A DNA stretch of 64,000 bases from the sequence record ON528742; one strand, written 5' to 3'. The notes beneath the pieces are model-generated. The model did not search any database, was not told the origin of the DNA, and saw only the letters and a list, made by a program, of their open reading frames with translations. Positions within the stretch are counted from its first letter, which is position 1. Every line of letters begins with the position of its first letter. The position numbers were made by a program, and so were the translations under genes. The DNA is from Shigella phage ESh32. Below are positions 45,377 to 55,011 of the stretch, one piece after another.

Positions 45377-45541
45377 ATGAAAACATATAAAGAATTTATT
45401 AAAGAAGATATGGTAGCTGGAGATTCAGGTGGTAATCCTGAAAATATCTCTACTGGAACAACATCAGGTGCTGTAGTAAATAAAGGTCCTGAACAGATTC
45501 CTAAAAAGAAAAAAGAGGAATCTAAAGAAAAAGAAGAGTAA
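45377..45541 (+). CDS. possible lysine-rich small protein
   Basis: 54 codons read from sequence. Confidence 0.4.
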   Translation: MKTYKEFIKEDMVAGDSGGNPENISTGTTSGAVVNKGPEQIPKKKKEESKEKEE

Positions 45542-45543
45542 AA

Positions 45544-46572
45544 ATGTCATCAATACCTTGGATTGATAATGAGTTTGCATATCGTGCATTAGCTCATTTA
45601 CCTAAATTCACACAAGTAAATAATAGTTCAACTTTTAAATTACGGTTTAGATGCCCTGTTTGTGGAGATTCAAAAACCGATCAGAATAAAGCTCGTGGAT
45701 GGTATTATGGTGATAATAATGAAGGAAATATTCATTGTTATAACTGTAACTATCATGCACCAATCGGAATATATTTAAAGGAGTTTGAACCCGATTTATA
45801 TCGTGAGTATATCTTTGAAATAAGAAAAGAAAAAGGTAAAAGTCGTCCAGTAGAAAAACCTAAAGAACTTCCTAAACAACCTGAGAAGAAAATAATTAAA
45901 TCTCTTCCGTCATGTGTTAGATTAGATAAACTGGCGGAAGACCATCCAATTATAAAATATGTAAAAGCTCGTTGTATTCCAAAGGATAAATGGAAATATC
46001 TTTGGTTTACAACCGAATGGCCTAAATTAGTTAATAGCATAGCACCGGGAACATACAAAAAGGAAATTTCTGAGCCTCGTCTTGTTATTCCAATTTATAA
46101 TGCTAACGGAAAAGCTGAGTCTTTTCAAGGACGTGCATTAAAGAAAGATGCTCCTCAAAAATATATCACCATTAAAGCTTATCCTGAGGCAACAAAAATT
46201 TACGGTGTTGAACGAGTTAAAGATGGTGATGTATATGTTCTAGAAGGACCTATAGATTCACTTTTTATTGAAAATGGTATAGCTATTACAGGTGGTCAAT
46301 TAGACCTAGAAGTTGTTCCATTTAAAGATAGACGAGTGTGGGTTTTAGATAATGAACCTCGTCACCCTGACACTATCAAACGAATGACTAAATTAGTTGA
46401 TGCAGGAGAAAGGGTTATGTTTTGGGATAAATCTCCCTGGAAATCAAAAGATGTCAATGATATGATTAGAAAGGAAGGTGCAACCCCTGAACAAATTATG
46501 GAATATATGAAAAATAATATTGCCCAGGGGTTAATGGCTAAAATGCGGTTATCTAAATATGCTAAGATTTAA
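45544..46572 (+). CDS. 61: DNA primase gp61
   Basis: 342 aa; zinc ribbon CPVCGDS...HCYNC; TOPRIM-like acidic residues. Confidence 0.9.
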   Translation: MSSIPWIDNEFAYRALAHLPKFTQVNNSSTFKLRFRCPVCGDSKTDQNKARGWYYGDNNEGNIHCYNCNYHAPIGIYLKEFEPDLYREYIFEIRKEKGKSRPVEKPKELPKQPEKKIIKSLPSCVRLDKLAEDHPIIKYVKARCIPKDKWKYLWFTTEWPKLVNSIAPGTYKKEISEPRLVIPIYNANGKAESFQGRALKKDAPQKYITIKAYPEATKIYGVERVKDGDVYVLEGPIDSLFIENGIAITGGQLDLEVVPFKDRRVWVLDNEPRHPDTIKRMTKLVDAGERVMFWDKSPWKSKDVNDMIRKEGATPEQIMEYMKNNIAQGLMAKMRLSKYAKI

Positions 46573-46769
46573 ATCAACCCAACTAAAGCAAATGCTAAAT
46601 CTACAAATGTATCAAGAGTAACTACTGGAATATTAACACCATGCGCAATTGCAATTGGTGATAAAATAAAGTTCCAGAGTAAAATTCCTACCATAGCAGA
46701 AATAGTAAAAGCTATACGTTTCTTATTACCTTTTATGGCATTAACAAGTGCCATTAATTTTTGTACCAT
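46569..46769 (-). CDS. candidate small membrane protein on the opposite strand
   Basis: 66-aa ORF, two hydrophobic helices; AAGGAGG 4 nt upstream of ATG on the minus strand. Confidence 0.4.
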   Translation of the reverse strand: MVQKLMALVNAIKGNKKRIAFTISAMVGILLWNFILSPIAIAHGVNIPVVTLDTFVDLAFALVGLI

Positions 46770-46782
46770 ATGTCCTCCTTAT

Positions 46783-46806
46783 TGCTTTATATATTTATTG
46801 TATAAT
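46783..46806 (+). promoter_or_regulatory. candidate MotA-dependent middle promoter for gene 56
   Basis: TGCTTTA, 11 nt, TATAAT. Confidence 0.5.
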
Positions 46807-46840
46807 TAATCTACTAACCCATGAATTGAAAGGAAAAATA

Positions 46841-47359
46841 ATGGCTTACTTTAACGAATGTTCACAACTGATTGAAGGCGCTGATAAAGCTCAAAATGAA
46901 TATTGGGATATTCTCGGTGATGAAAAAGACCCGCTGCAGGTAATGCTCGATATGCAGAAATCTCTGCAAGTTCGTTTAGCTAAAGATAAACCTGAATATA
47001 ATCGTCATCCTGATGACTTGGCTACTGCAGGTGAAGTTGTTGATTGGTTGCGTAATCAGAAAGATTATATTGACGATGAATTCCGTGAACTTCTGACTTC
47101 TCTTGGTGGTATGAGCAATGGTGAAAAAGATGCATCTGCTGTATGGAAACCTTGGAAGTCGCAGCATGGTGAACGTCGTGAAACTCTGATTACTGATTTG
47201 TCTCCACAAGACCAATTGGAAATTAAATTTGAAATGATTGATATTCTCCATTTCGTTCTGAACATGTTCCAAGGTCTTGGTCTTACAGCAGAAGAAATCT
47301 TTAAACTTTATTATCTAAAAAATGCCGAAAACTTTGCTCGTCAAGACCGAGGTTATTAA
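46841..47359 (+). CDS. 56: dCTPase/dCDPase gp56 (MazG-like)
   Basis: ORF 46748..47359; ATG at 46841 gives 172 aa MAYFNECSQLIEGADKAQNEYWDILGDEKDPLQ... Confidence 0.85.
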   Translation: MAYFNECSQLIEGADKAQNEYWDILGDEKDPLQVMLDMQKSLQVRLAKDKPEYNRHPDDLATAGEVVDWLRNQKDYIDDEFRELLTSLGGMSNGEKDASAVWKPWKSQHGERRETLITDLSPQDQLEIKFEMIDILHFVLNMFQGLGLTAEEIFKLYYLKNAENFARQDRGY

Positions 47360-47389
47360 CAGCTCGTCTTAAAAGCCGCGAGAATTTAT

Positions 47390-47397
47390 TATAAATA
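47390..47397 (+). promoter_or_regulatory. late promoter TATAAATA upstream of soc
   Basis: exact TATAAATA about 30 nt upstream of soc ATG. Confidence 0.6.
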
Positions 47398-47427
47398 ATC
47401 ATGTAATTTAAATAAAAGGAGAATTAC

Positions 47428-47673
47428 ATGGCTAGTACTCGCGGTTATGTTAATATCAAAACATTTGAGCAGAAATTAGATGGAAATAAGAAAATTGAAG
47501 GAAAGGAAATTTCAGTAGCTTTCCCTCTTTATTCTGACGTTCACAAAATTTCTGGCGCTCATTACCAGACATTCCCTTCAGAAAAAGCAGCATATACTAC
47601 TGTATATGAAGAAAATCAACGTGCTGCATGGATTGCTGCAAATGAAGATTTGTGGAAAGTAACTGGTGAATAA
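47428..47673 (+). CDS. soc: small outer capsid protein Soc
   Basis: 81 codons MASTRGYVNIKTFEQKLDGNKKIEGKEISVAF...; matches remembered T4 Soc. Confidence 0.85.
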   Translation: MASTRGYVNIKTFEQKLDGNKKIEGKEISVAFPLYSDVHKISGAHYQTFPSEKAAYTTVYEENQRAAWIAANEDLWKVTGE

Positions 47674-47678
47674 ATTCA

Positions 47679-47704
47679 AGGACTCCTTCGGGAGTCCTTT
47701 TTTC
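47679..47704 (+). terminator. intrinsic terminator
   Basis: aggactccttcgggagtcct + tttttt. Confidence 0.8.
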
Positions 47705-47712
47705 ATTTTATG

Positions 47713-47742
47713 GTTTACTTTCCAAAATGAGTATGGTATAAT
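47713..47742 (+). promoter_or_regulatory. T4-type early promoter
   Basis: gtttactttccaaaatgagtatggtataat. Confidence 0.6.
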
Positions 47743-47768
47743 AAAAATATCTTATAGAGGAGAACACC

Positions 47769-47981
47769 ATGTTAAATCGTTGGATTAAACCAAATGAAGA
47801 CCTCCAGAAGGTTCTTGATAAAGCTATCTCTGATAAATGGGGTATGAAAAGCTGGGATTGTGATATCGTCACGCATTCATTCATGATGCATGCAGATGGT
47901 TCAGTCGAGTTCAATGCTGAAATGCGATACACTGACTGGGGTGGATTTCAAAGAGTCGAATTTCAAAGAGGCTTTTTGTAA
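47769..47981 (+). CDS. hypothetical protein
   Basis: 70 aa; AGAGGAG RBS. Confidence 0.5.
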   Translation: MLNRWIKPNEDLQKVLDKAISDKWGMKSWDCDIVTHSFMMHADGSVEFNAEMRYTDWGGFQRVEFQRGFL

Positions 47982-48313
47982 TGTTTATCTTTAATTGGTT
48001 TAAAAGTTTCTTTACGGATTTTTTCTCTACGACTCCTGGAGAAGGTGTAGTTCCTATTTCAAATGACTATCTTCCTTTAACTGTAGTTGAATATGTTTAT
48101 ATGGGAGATGGAACAGTAGAAGCAGTTACTATGACTTATGAAGAAGCCCAAGAATATTATAAAAATCCTTGGCGCTGGTCAGTACCTACTACATCATCTA
48201 ACGCGCAGTCTAGTTCTGATTCATATGACACTAATGTTCCTGTTCATGTATGGGCGGGTGATTCATGTGGAAGTTCTTGTGATTCTAGTTGTTCATCTAC
48301 ATCTTGCGATTGA
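47981..48313 (+). CDS. hypothetical protein with Cys/Ser-rich acidic C-terminal tail
   Basis: 110 aa ending [18 protein letters not shown]. Confidence 0.5.
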   Translation: MFIFNWFKSFFTDFFSTTPGEGVVPISNDYLPLTVVEYVYMGDGTVEAVTMTYEEAQEYYKNPWRWSVPTTSSNAQSSSDSYDTNVPVHVWAGDSCGSSCDSSCSSTSCD

Positions 48314-48321
48314 GGAAAATT

Positions 48322-48807
48322 ATGGAAGCAATTTTGTTTGAAATGTATATTAGCAGTAATAGTATGTCGTTTGCTAAAGACGTTCCAATTACCGTAGCAG
48401 TAATGATTGATAAGGGTTATTGTGACCCAATGTATCTCGTAGAAAATTTCGTTTCAATGCCAGTTCCAGAAGATGCTGAAATAAAACTTAAAAAGATCGG
48501 AATTATTGAAACTGTACCAAATATTCCATTTAGAGCAATTGAAGCATTTACTAAATCCGAATACATTAATGTTAGCGCAGAACAATATAATGATAAACCC
48601 TTATCTTTTTATTCGTACGATTCAATATATAACTGGAAAATAGATAAAGGAAACAAATTTATAATTGCGAGTGAAGATGCGTTATCATACTTTATTTCTT
48701 CTGTATGGAATAGTTTACATCCAAATTTGCTAAAAATTCATGAATTTGACGGTGTCCATACTATTGTTTTAGGTAAAATAAATGAAAGCTCTCAAGAAGA
48801 TTCTTGA
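48322..48807 (+). CDS. hypothetical protein (position and 161-aa length consistent with T4 mrh, unverified)
   Basis: ORF 48289..48807; ATG at 48322 after GAGGAAAA. Confidence 0.5.
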   Translation: MEAILFEMYISSNSMSFAKDVPITVAVMIDKGYCDPMYLVENFVSMPVPEDAEIKLKKIGIIETVPNIPFRAIEAFTKSEYINVSAEQYNDKPLSFYSYDSIYNWKIDKGNKFIIASEDALSYFISSVWNSLHPNLLKIHEFDGVHTIVLGKINESSQEDS

Positions 48808-48985
48808 ATGGTTCAATAGACCAAACTCAATGTATATTGATGATGGTTGGGTTGAACAAGCAAATAAAGAAATGCAGAACGAGTCAGAAGAATGGATGAA
48901 ATCAATGATTAGTGCTGAGAAAGAAAAGAAATTAGAACGCTCAGTGCTTAAATTGATGAGAGACATCTATGGTGATAAATCATGA
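48782..48985 (+). CDS. hypothetical protein
   Basis: 67-aa ORF overlapping upstream gene by 26 nt. Confidence 0.4.
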   Translation: MKALKKILEWFNRPNSMYIDDGWVEQANKEMQNESEEWMKSMISAEKEKKLERSVLKLMRDIYGDKS

Positions 48986-49146
48986 CCAAAGATATGACGT
49001 TAGAAGAGGCAAAGGCTAAAGCAAATGAAGCTTTGGATTTGCTTCTTAAAATTGGTAGTAAAATGATGGAAGAAAATGAGAAATATATCCAGGAAAACAA
49101 AATTCCTGATGGTCCATTAGTAGGCAAGAGGAAATCACATGATTGA
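48982..49146 (+). CDS. possible small protein
   Basis: 54 codons read from sequence; ATGA overlap. Confidence 0.35.
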   Translation: MTKDMTLEEAKAKANEALDLLLKIGSKMMEENEKYIQENKIPDGPLVGKRKSHD

Positions 49147-49609
49147 AGTAGCAAAACTGTATTCAATAGGATTTATGTCTAAAGAAGGTAAATCAGTAAA
49201 TACACTTGATAAAAAATGCTCGTTAATTATTCCTTTAGCAGAAAATCCGGATATTTTAATTAAAGATATAAAAGAAAGAAAATATCCAGAAAATGTTATT
49301 CTAATTATAAAGCATACTGAAGATATTTTGCAGAATACTGATTCACCGTTTTCTTCTTCCGAAGCTTTAACTATTAAAGGCTATAAAAGAGCTCATGAAT
49401 ATGGTCTTTTTGACATGTTTGAAGACGATAAAGTTAAATTAGCGAGTCAACCTTCTAAAAGTAAAACATTCATTATTGAAGATATTAAAGATATAAATGC
49501 ATTTGTTAAGATGGTCTGGGCTCATTTTGATGTTGGACTACGCTGGAGAATGTCCGAAGAAGAAAGAAAGATTATTGAAGCTAATCGTCAATTTGGTTTT
49601 TATCGCTAG
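49139..49609 (+). CDS. hypothetical protein
   Basis: 156 aa; AAGAGGAAA RBS. Confidence 0.5.
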   Translation: MIEVAKLYSIGFMSKEGKSVNTLDKKCSLIIPLAENPDILIKDIKERKYPENVILIIKHTEDILQNTDSPFSSSEALTIKGYKRAHEYGLFDMFEDDKVKLASQPSKSKTFIIEDIKDINAFVKMVWAHFDVGLRWRMSEEERKIIEANRQFGFYR

Positions 49610-49617
49610 GAATTAGT

Positions 49618-49800
49618 ATGGATTTATTTGAGATGTTAGAAGATAATCATTCTACGAATATCCAGAATGATTCTAGTGATTATAAGAAAGAATACCGTAT
49701 AGTATTACAGAATTATGGAATTGAAGCCCCAGATGCTCTTCTAGAAGAACTAGCTTCATACCATCTTGACCCTCCGCCTTGGGCTCCCTGGGCAAAATAA
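49618..49800 (+). CDS. hypothetical acidic small protein
   Basis: 60-aa ORF. Confidence 0.45.
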   Translation: MDLFEMLEDNHSTNIQNDSSDYKKEYRIVLQNYGIEAPDALLEELASYHLDPPPWAPWAK

Positions 49801-49811
49801 TTCAAAAAGTT

Positions 49812-49841
49812 GTTTACTTTCCTTTCTAACGATGATATGAT
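49812..49841 (+). promoter_or_regulatory. T4-type early promoter
   Basis: aaaaagttgtttactttcctttctaacgatgatatgat. Confidence 0.55.
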
Positions 49842-49867
49842 AGCTTCTGAAGTATACGGAGGCTATC

Positions 49868-50491
49868 ATGATTATTAATCCTGCAGATGTTGAACAGTTA
49901 TCTATAAAAGCTGAAAGCGTTGATTTTCAATATGATATGTATAAAAAAGTCTGTGAAAAATTTACTGACTTTGAGCAGTCTGTTCTTTGGCAATGTATGG
50001 AAGCCAAAAAGAATGAAGCTCTTCATCGGCAATTGAATAAAATCATTAAAAAGCATTTAACTAAATCACCTTATCAGTTATATCGCGGTATATCAAAATC
50101 GACAAAAGAACTTATTAAAGATTTACAAGTTGGAGAAGTGTTTTCAACGAACAGGGTAGATTCATTTACTACTAGTTTGCACACAGCATGTTCTTTTTCT
50201 TATGCTGAATATTTCACTGAAACAATACTTCGTTTAAAAACTGATAAAGCTTTTAATTACTCTGACCATATCAGCGATATTATACTTTCTTCTCCTAATA
50301 CTGAGTTTAAGTATACATATGAAGATACTGATGGGCTAGATTCAGAGCGTACTGATAACTTAATGATGATTGTGCATGAACAAGAATGGATGATTCCAAT
50401 TGGAAAGTATAGAATAACTTCTATTTCAAAAGAAAAATTACACGATTCATTTGGAACATTTAAAGTTTATGATATTGAGGTAGTTGAATGA
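49868..50491 (+). CDS. modB: ADP-ribosyltransferase ModB-like
   Basis: R-S-ExE ART triad (LYRG, TTS, EQEWMIP); 207 aa. Confidence 0.65.
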   Translation: MIINPADVEQLSIKAESVDFQYDMYKKVCEKFTDFEQSVLWQCMEAKKNEALHRQLNKIIKKHLTKSPYQLYRGISKSTKELIKDLQVGEVFSTNRVDSFTTSLHTACSFSYAEYFTETILRLKTDKAFNYSDHISDIILSSPNTEFKYTYEDTDGLDSERTDNLMMIVHEQEWMIPIGKYRITSISKEKLHDSFGTFKVYDIEVVE

Positions 50492-51090
50492 AATACTCAG
50501 TAATGCAACTAAAAGATTTTAAAATAAAATCAATGGATGCATCGGTGCGTGCTTCTATTCGTGAAGAATTACTTTTTGAAGGGTTTAATTTATCTGAAAT
50601 TGAACTTTTAATTCATTGTATTACTAATAAGCCAGATGACCATACTTGGTTAAATGAAATAATCAAATCTCGTTTGGTTCCAAACGATAAACCTCTTTGG
50701 AGAGGTGTTCCAGCTGAGACTAAGCAAGCGTTAAATCAAGGAATTGATATTATTACATTTGATAAAGTCGTATCAGCTTCATATGATAAAAATATAGCTC
50801 TACATTTTGCTTCCGGTTTAGAGTATAACACACAGGTTATTTTTGAATTCAAAGCTCCTATAATATTCAATTTCCAGGAGTATGCTATAAAAGCTCTACG
50901 CTGTAAAGAATACAATCCAAACTTTAAGTTTCCGGATAGCCATCGTTATCGTAATATGGAATTAGTTTCAGATGAACAAGAAGTAATGATACCAGCTGGA
51001 AGTGTATTTAGAATTGCAGATAGATATGAGTACAAAAAGTATTCAACATACACTATCTATACTCTTGATTTTGAAGGATTTAATCTATAA
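50488..51090 (+). CDS. modA: ADP-ribosyltransferase ModA-like
   Basis: LWRG, SAS, EQEVMIP; 200 aa; tandem paralog of upstream gene. Confidence 0.65.
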   Translation: MKYSVMQLKDFKIKSMDASVRASIREELLFEGFNLSEIELLIHCITNKPDDHTWLNEIIKSRLVPNDKPLWRGVPAETKQALNQGIDIITFDKVVSASYDKNIALHFASGLEYNTQVIFEFKAPIIFNFQEYAIKALRCKEYNPNFKFPDSHRYRNMELVSDEQEVMIPAGSVFRIADRYEYKKYSTYTIYTLDFEGFNL

Positions 51091-51146
51091 TGGAAGGACT
51101 TAGATTCATTATACCATGAAAGTTTTAAAGCATTTTTCATAAAGTT

Positions 51147-51176
51147 GTTTACAAGTTAAAGTAAAAATGTTATAGT
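51147..51176 (+). promoter_or_regulatory. T4-type early promoter with upstream A/T element
   Basis: catttttcataaagttgtttacaag ... gttatagtat. Confidence 0.6.
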
Positions 51177-51212
51177 ATAGTAGTCAAACCGTCCGTAAGA
51201 TGTGAGAAAAAT

Positions 51213-51959
51213 ATGAAACTGTCTAATAATCAAATTCGTAAAATTAAACGTCGTTTAGAGCATACTCAGGCATCTGCAAAAAGACGTTCTAAAGATTTTA
51301 ACTTAGACTTCAATTACATTAAGAACATTTTAGATCAGAAAGTTTGTGCTTACTCGGGAGAACCTTTTGATAATCGTATTGAAGGAGAGAAATTATCATT
51401 AGAACGTTTTGATAATAACGTTGGATACATTAAAGGGAATGTTATTGCAGTAAAGAAAAAGTATAATACATTTCGTTCTGATTATACTTTAGAGGAGTTA
51501 ATTGAAAAACGTGATTTGTTTGCTTTGCGAATTGGTCGTTCATCTGCGAAAAAAGTTCATAAACTAAATTTAGATGAAAAGAAATGGGCTAAAATCAAAA
51601 AGACTTATAATCAAATTAAAGCTATACAGAAAAAACGTGAAAACCGAATTGAACACATTTCTCAGCTTTCTAAATCAAAACAGACCTCTGACGTTAAGCT
51701 AACGATTATAGCGCTTAAAGCTCGTATTGATGGTTCTCGCATAGCAGAAGGCGCTGAAGTTGTTAAACTGAACGTTCTTCTTAAAGGCTCGGATTGGAAA
51801 ATTGTGAAAAAGTTATCAGAAGCAGAAATGCAATATGATATGTGTGATAAAATTATTCAAGGTGTAGAGCGGTATCAAAACTTGTCTTTTATTGATAAAC
51901 TTAAACTGAAAAGAGGATACCCGCTAAATTGTTCAATTTTTAAACTTATCCGAGGATAA
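51213..51959 (+). CDS. srd: Srd-like protein (position/length consistent with T4 srd)
   Basis: 248 aa basic protein between modA and dda. Confidence 0.55.
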   Translation: MKLSNNQIRKIKRRLEHTQASAKRRSKDFNLDFNYIKNILDQKVCAYSGEPFDNRIEGEKLSLERFDNNVGYIKGNVIAVKKKYNTFRSDYTLEELIEKRDLFALRIGRSSAKKVHKLNLDEKKWAKIKKTYNQIKAIQKKRENRIEHISQLSKSKQTSDVKLTIIALKARIDGSRIAEGAEVVKLNVLLKGSDWKIVKKLSEAEMQYDMCDKIIQGVERYQNLSFIDKLKLKRGYPLNCSIFKLIRG

Positions 51960-51960
51960 T

Positions 51961-52272
51961 ATGGTTTATGTATATGCGATAGTTTACCGAGACAAAGACG
52001 GATTTACTGCGCCAGTTCCGCTTGATGAACATCGTCCTGCTGTATTTTTTGAATGGAAGATTGCTGATAAAGTATTTACCACTCTTAAAGAGCAGTATCA
52101 ACTAGCTTTAGGTAAGGGAATTCCAAGATTAGTTGAGACTCCACGTAAATTTTGGTTTAATAAAATAGAAGTTAAACATGTTAAGCCTGACGTAGACACA
52201 CAAAGATTATATCAGCGAATTTTAGATACTGGGCGTATTGTTAGTATACCAATTGCAGGGAATTTACGATGA
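51961..52272 (+). CDS. hypothetical protein
   Basis: 103-aa ORF. Confidence 0.5.
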   Translation: MVYVYAIVYRDKDGFTAPVPLDEHRPAVFFEWKIADKVFTTLKEQYQLALGKGIPRLVETPRKFWFNKIEVKHVKPDVDTQRLYQRILDTGRIVSIPIAGNLR

Positions 52273-53588
52273 CATTTGATGATTTGACCGAAGGCCAGAA
52301 AAATGCCTTTAACATTGTTATGAGGGCTATTAAAGAAAAGAAACATCATGTAACTATTAATGGACCTGCTGGTACCGGTAAGACTACTCTTACTAAGTTC
52401 ATCATTGAAGCTTTAATATCTACGGGTGAAACTGGTATTATTTTAGCAGCTCCTACACATGCGGCTAAAAAGATTCTTTCAAAACTATCAGGGAAAGAAG
52501 CGAGTACTATTCATAGTATTCTTAAAATTAACCCGGTAACATATGAAGAAAATGTTCTTTTTGAACAAAAAGAAGTACCAGATTTAGCTAAATGCAGGGT
52601 ATTAATCTGCGACGAAGTGTCAATGTATGATAGAAAGCTATTTAAAATTCTGCTTTCAACTATTCCACCTTGGTGTACTATAATTGGAATAGGGGATAAT
52701 AAGCAAATCAGACCTGTTGACCCAGGAGAAAACACTGCTTATATCAGTCCATTCTTTACACATAAAGATTTTTATCAGTGTGAACTCACTGAAGTTAAAC
52801 GCAGTAATGCTCCTATTATTGATGTAGCTACTGACGTTCGTAACGGTAAGTGGATTTATGATAAAGTTGTTGACGGGCATGGAGTACGTGGATTTACTGG
52901 TGATACAGCTTTACGCGATTTTATGGTAAATTATTTTTCAATCGTCAAATCTCTAGATGATTTGTTTGAAAATCGCGTAATGGCATTTACGAATAAATCT
53001 GTTGACAAGTTAAATAGCATTATTCGTAAAAAGATTTTTGAAACTGATAAAGATTTTATTGTCGGTGAAATTATTGTAATGCAGGAACCATTAATTAAAA
53101 CATATAAAATTGATGGAAAGCCTGTGTCAGAAATTATTTTTAATAACGGACAATTAGTTCGTATTATAGAAGCAGAGTATACATCAACCTTTGTTAAAGC
53201 TCGTGGTGTTTCTGGGGAATATCTAATTCGTCATTGGGATTTAACAGTAGAAACTTACGGTGATGATGAATATTATCGTGAAAAGATTAAAATAATTTCA
53301 TCCGATGAAGAGCTATATAAGTTTAACCTATTTTTAGGTAAAACGGCAGAAACTTATAAAAATTGGAATAAAGGCGGAAAAGCTCCGTGGAGTGATTTTT
53401 GGGATGCTAAATCACAGTTTAGTAAAGTGAAAGCGCTTCCTGCATCAACATTCCATAAAGCTCAGGGTATGTCTGTAGACCGTGCTTTCATTTATACGCC
53501 TTGTATTCATTATGCAGATGCTGAACTAGCTCAGCAGCTTCTTTATGTTGGTGTAACACGTGGTCGTTATGATGTGTTTTATGTGTGA
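52269..53588 (+). CDS. dda: Dda DNA helicase (SF1)
   Basis: 439 aa; Walker A GPAGTGKTT, Walker B ICDEVSM; matches remembered T4 Dda. Confidence 0.9.
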   Translation: MTFDDLTEGQKNAFNIVMRAIKEKKHHVTINGPAGTGKTTLTKFIIEALISTGETGIILAAPTHAAKKILSKLSGKEASTIHSILKINPVTYEENVLFEQKEVPDLAKCRVLICDEVSMYDRKLFKILLSTIPPWCTIIGIGDNKQIRPVDPGENTAYISPFFTHKDFYQCELTEVKRSNAPIIDVATDVRNGKWIYDKVVDGHGVRGFTGDTALRDFMVNYFSIVKSLDDLFENRVMAFTNKSVDKLNSIIRKKIFETDKDFIVGEIIVMQEPLIKTYKIDGKPVSEIIFNNGQLVRIIEAEYTSTFVKARGVSGEYLIRHWDLTVETYGDDEYYREKIKIISSDEELYKFNLFLGKTAETYKNWNKGGKAPWSDFWDAKSQFSKVKALPASTFHKAQGMSVDRAFIYTPCIHYADAELAQQLLYVGVTRGRYDVFYV

Positions 53589-53594
53589 GGCTAT

Positions 53595-53855
53595 ATGATT
53601 AACATCAATTCAAAATATTTAAATCGTCTAATAGATGGTATAAGGAAGCATACTAATAAGCAAGATAATCTCGATGTTATGGTAACAGGAGCTGAGCTCC
53701 TTCATAAGCTTTATCTTATAAGTGATACTATATTAGCAATTAAACGAATTGAAAAACAATCATATCACAGTAATACAGATACGGTAATTACACTAGATGA
53801 AAGTGTCTGTAAATTACTAATTAAATTTGAGGAAGCTATTCGTGGAAATAACTAA
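53595..53855 (+). CDS. hypothetical protein (tandem family, divergent member)
   Basis: 86-aa ORF. Confidence 0.5.
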   Translation: MININSKYLNRLIDGIRKHTNKQDNLDVMVTGAELLHKLYLISDTILAIKRIEKQSYHSNTDTVITLDESVCKLLIKFEEAIRGNN

Positions 53856-54087
53856 AGATCAGTTTTATCTGCTTCAAGATAAAGTGAGCGAAATTTATGA
53901 AATAGCTTATAGTAAAAATCGTAGAAATGTAAAAATTGAATCTGGCAAGTTAATGCTTCAATTAGAAGAAATTGAACGAGATTTAATTGCGTTAGAATTC
54001 TTTTGTGGTGAAGTGAAAACTGTCACAATCAGTGATTATGTTTTAGGTGAAATTAGCCATCTTTATAAGGCGGTTATTAATGATTGA
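53842..54087 (+). CDS. hypothetical protein (tandem paralog), probable GTG start
   Basis: ORF 53827..54087 (TTG); GTG at 53842 is 5 nt after GAGGAAG. Confidence 0.45.
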   Translation: MEITKDQFYLLQDKVSEIYEIAYSKNRRNVKIESGKLMLQLEEIERDLIALEFFCGEVKTVTISDYVLGEISHLYKAVIND

Positions 54088-54322
54088 ATTAAGTTTGCAT
54101 CAGTTTAAATCTCTTATGACAAATGTTAAAGCTGTCATTGAGGAAAATTCTAGTCCTGAAAATATTACTATTCGCGAAAAAGCTTTAAAGATAGTATACA
54201 GTCTTGAAGAGATACAAAAAGATATTGAATCTATGGCAAAATTTATTGATGAGCCTATTAATAAAGTTTATATCCAAGATTATACTGTAGGTCAAATTCG
54301 CGATTTAGCAAGGAAAATTTAA
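54080..54322 (+). CDS. hypothetical protein (tandem paralog)
   Basis: ORF 54047..54322; ATG at 54080; ...VYIQDYTVGQIRDLARKI parallels ...VTISDYVLGEISHLYKAV upstream. Confidence 0.45.
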   Translation: MIELSLHQFKSLMTNVKAVIEENSSPENITIREKALKIVYSLEEIQKDIESMAKFIDEPINKVYIQDYTVGQIRDLARKI

Positions 54323-55005
54323 TGTTTGATTTTATTATAGATTTTGAAACAATGGGAAGCGGTGAAAAAGCAGCTGTTATTGATTTGGCTGTAATTGCTT
54401 TTGACCCTAATCCAGAAGTCGTTGAAACATTTGATGAATTAGTTTCACGTGGCATTAAAATCAAATTTGATTTAAAAAGCCAAAAAGGACATCGTCTTTT
54501 TACTAAAAGCACTATCGAATGGTGGAAGAATCAATCTCCTGAAGCTCGAAAAAATATTGCACCATCCGATGAAGATGTAAGCACTATCGATGGTATTGCA
54601 AAATTTAATGATTACATCAATGCACATAATATCGATCCTTGGAAATCTCAAGGCTGGTGCCGTGGAATGTCGTTTGATTTTCCAATTTTAGTCGATCTCA
54701 TTCGTGATATTCAACGTCTTAATGGTGTTTCTGAGAATGAGCTTGACACATTTAAGTTAGAACCATGTAAATTCTGGAATCAGCGTGATATTCGTACCAG
54801 AATTGAAGCACTTCTGCTTGTTCGTGATATGACAACATGTCCTCTTCCAAAGGGAACCTTAGATGGATTCGTTGCGCATGATTCTATTCATGACTGTGCG
54901 AAAGACATCCTGATGATGAAGTATGCTTTGCGATATGCTATGGGTCTTGAAGATGCTCCGTCAGAGGAAGAATGCGATCCTCTATCTCTTCCAACAAAAC
55001 GATAA
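54322..55005 (+). CDS. dexA: exonuclease A (DEDDh 3'-5' exonuclease)
   Basis: 227 aa; IIDFETMG exo motif; matches remembered T4 DexA. Confidence 0.85.
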   Translation: MFDFIIDFETMGSGEKAAVIDLAVIAFDPNPEVVETFDELVSRGIKIKFDLKSQKGHRLFTKSTIEWWKNQSPEARKNIAPSDEDVSTIDGIAKFNDYINAHNIDPWKSQGWCRGMSFDFPILVDLIRDIQRLNGVSENELDTFKLEPCKFWNQRDIRTRIEALLLVRDMTTCPLPKGTLDGFVAHDSIHDCAKDILMMKYALRYAMGLEDAPSEEECDPLSLPTKR

Positions 55006-55011
55006 AAAGTT

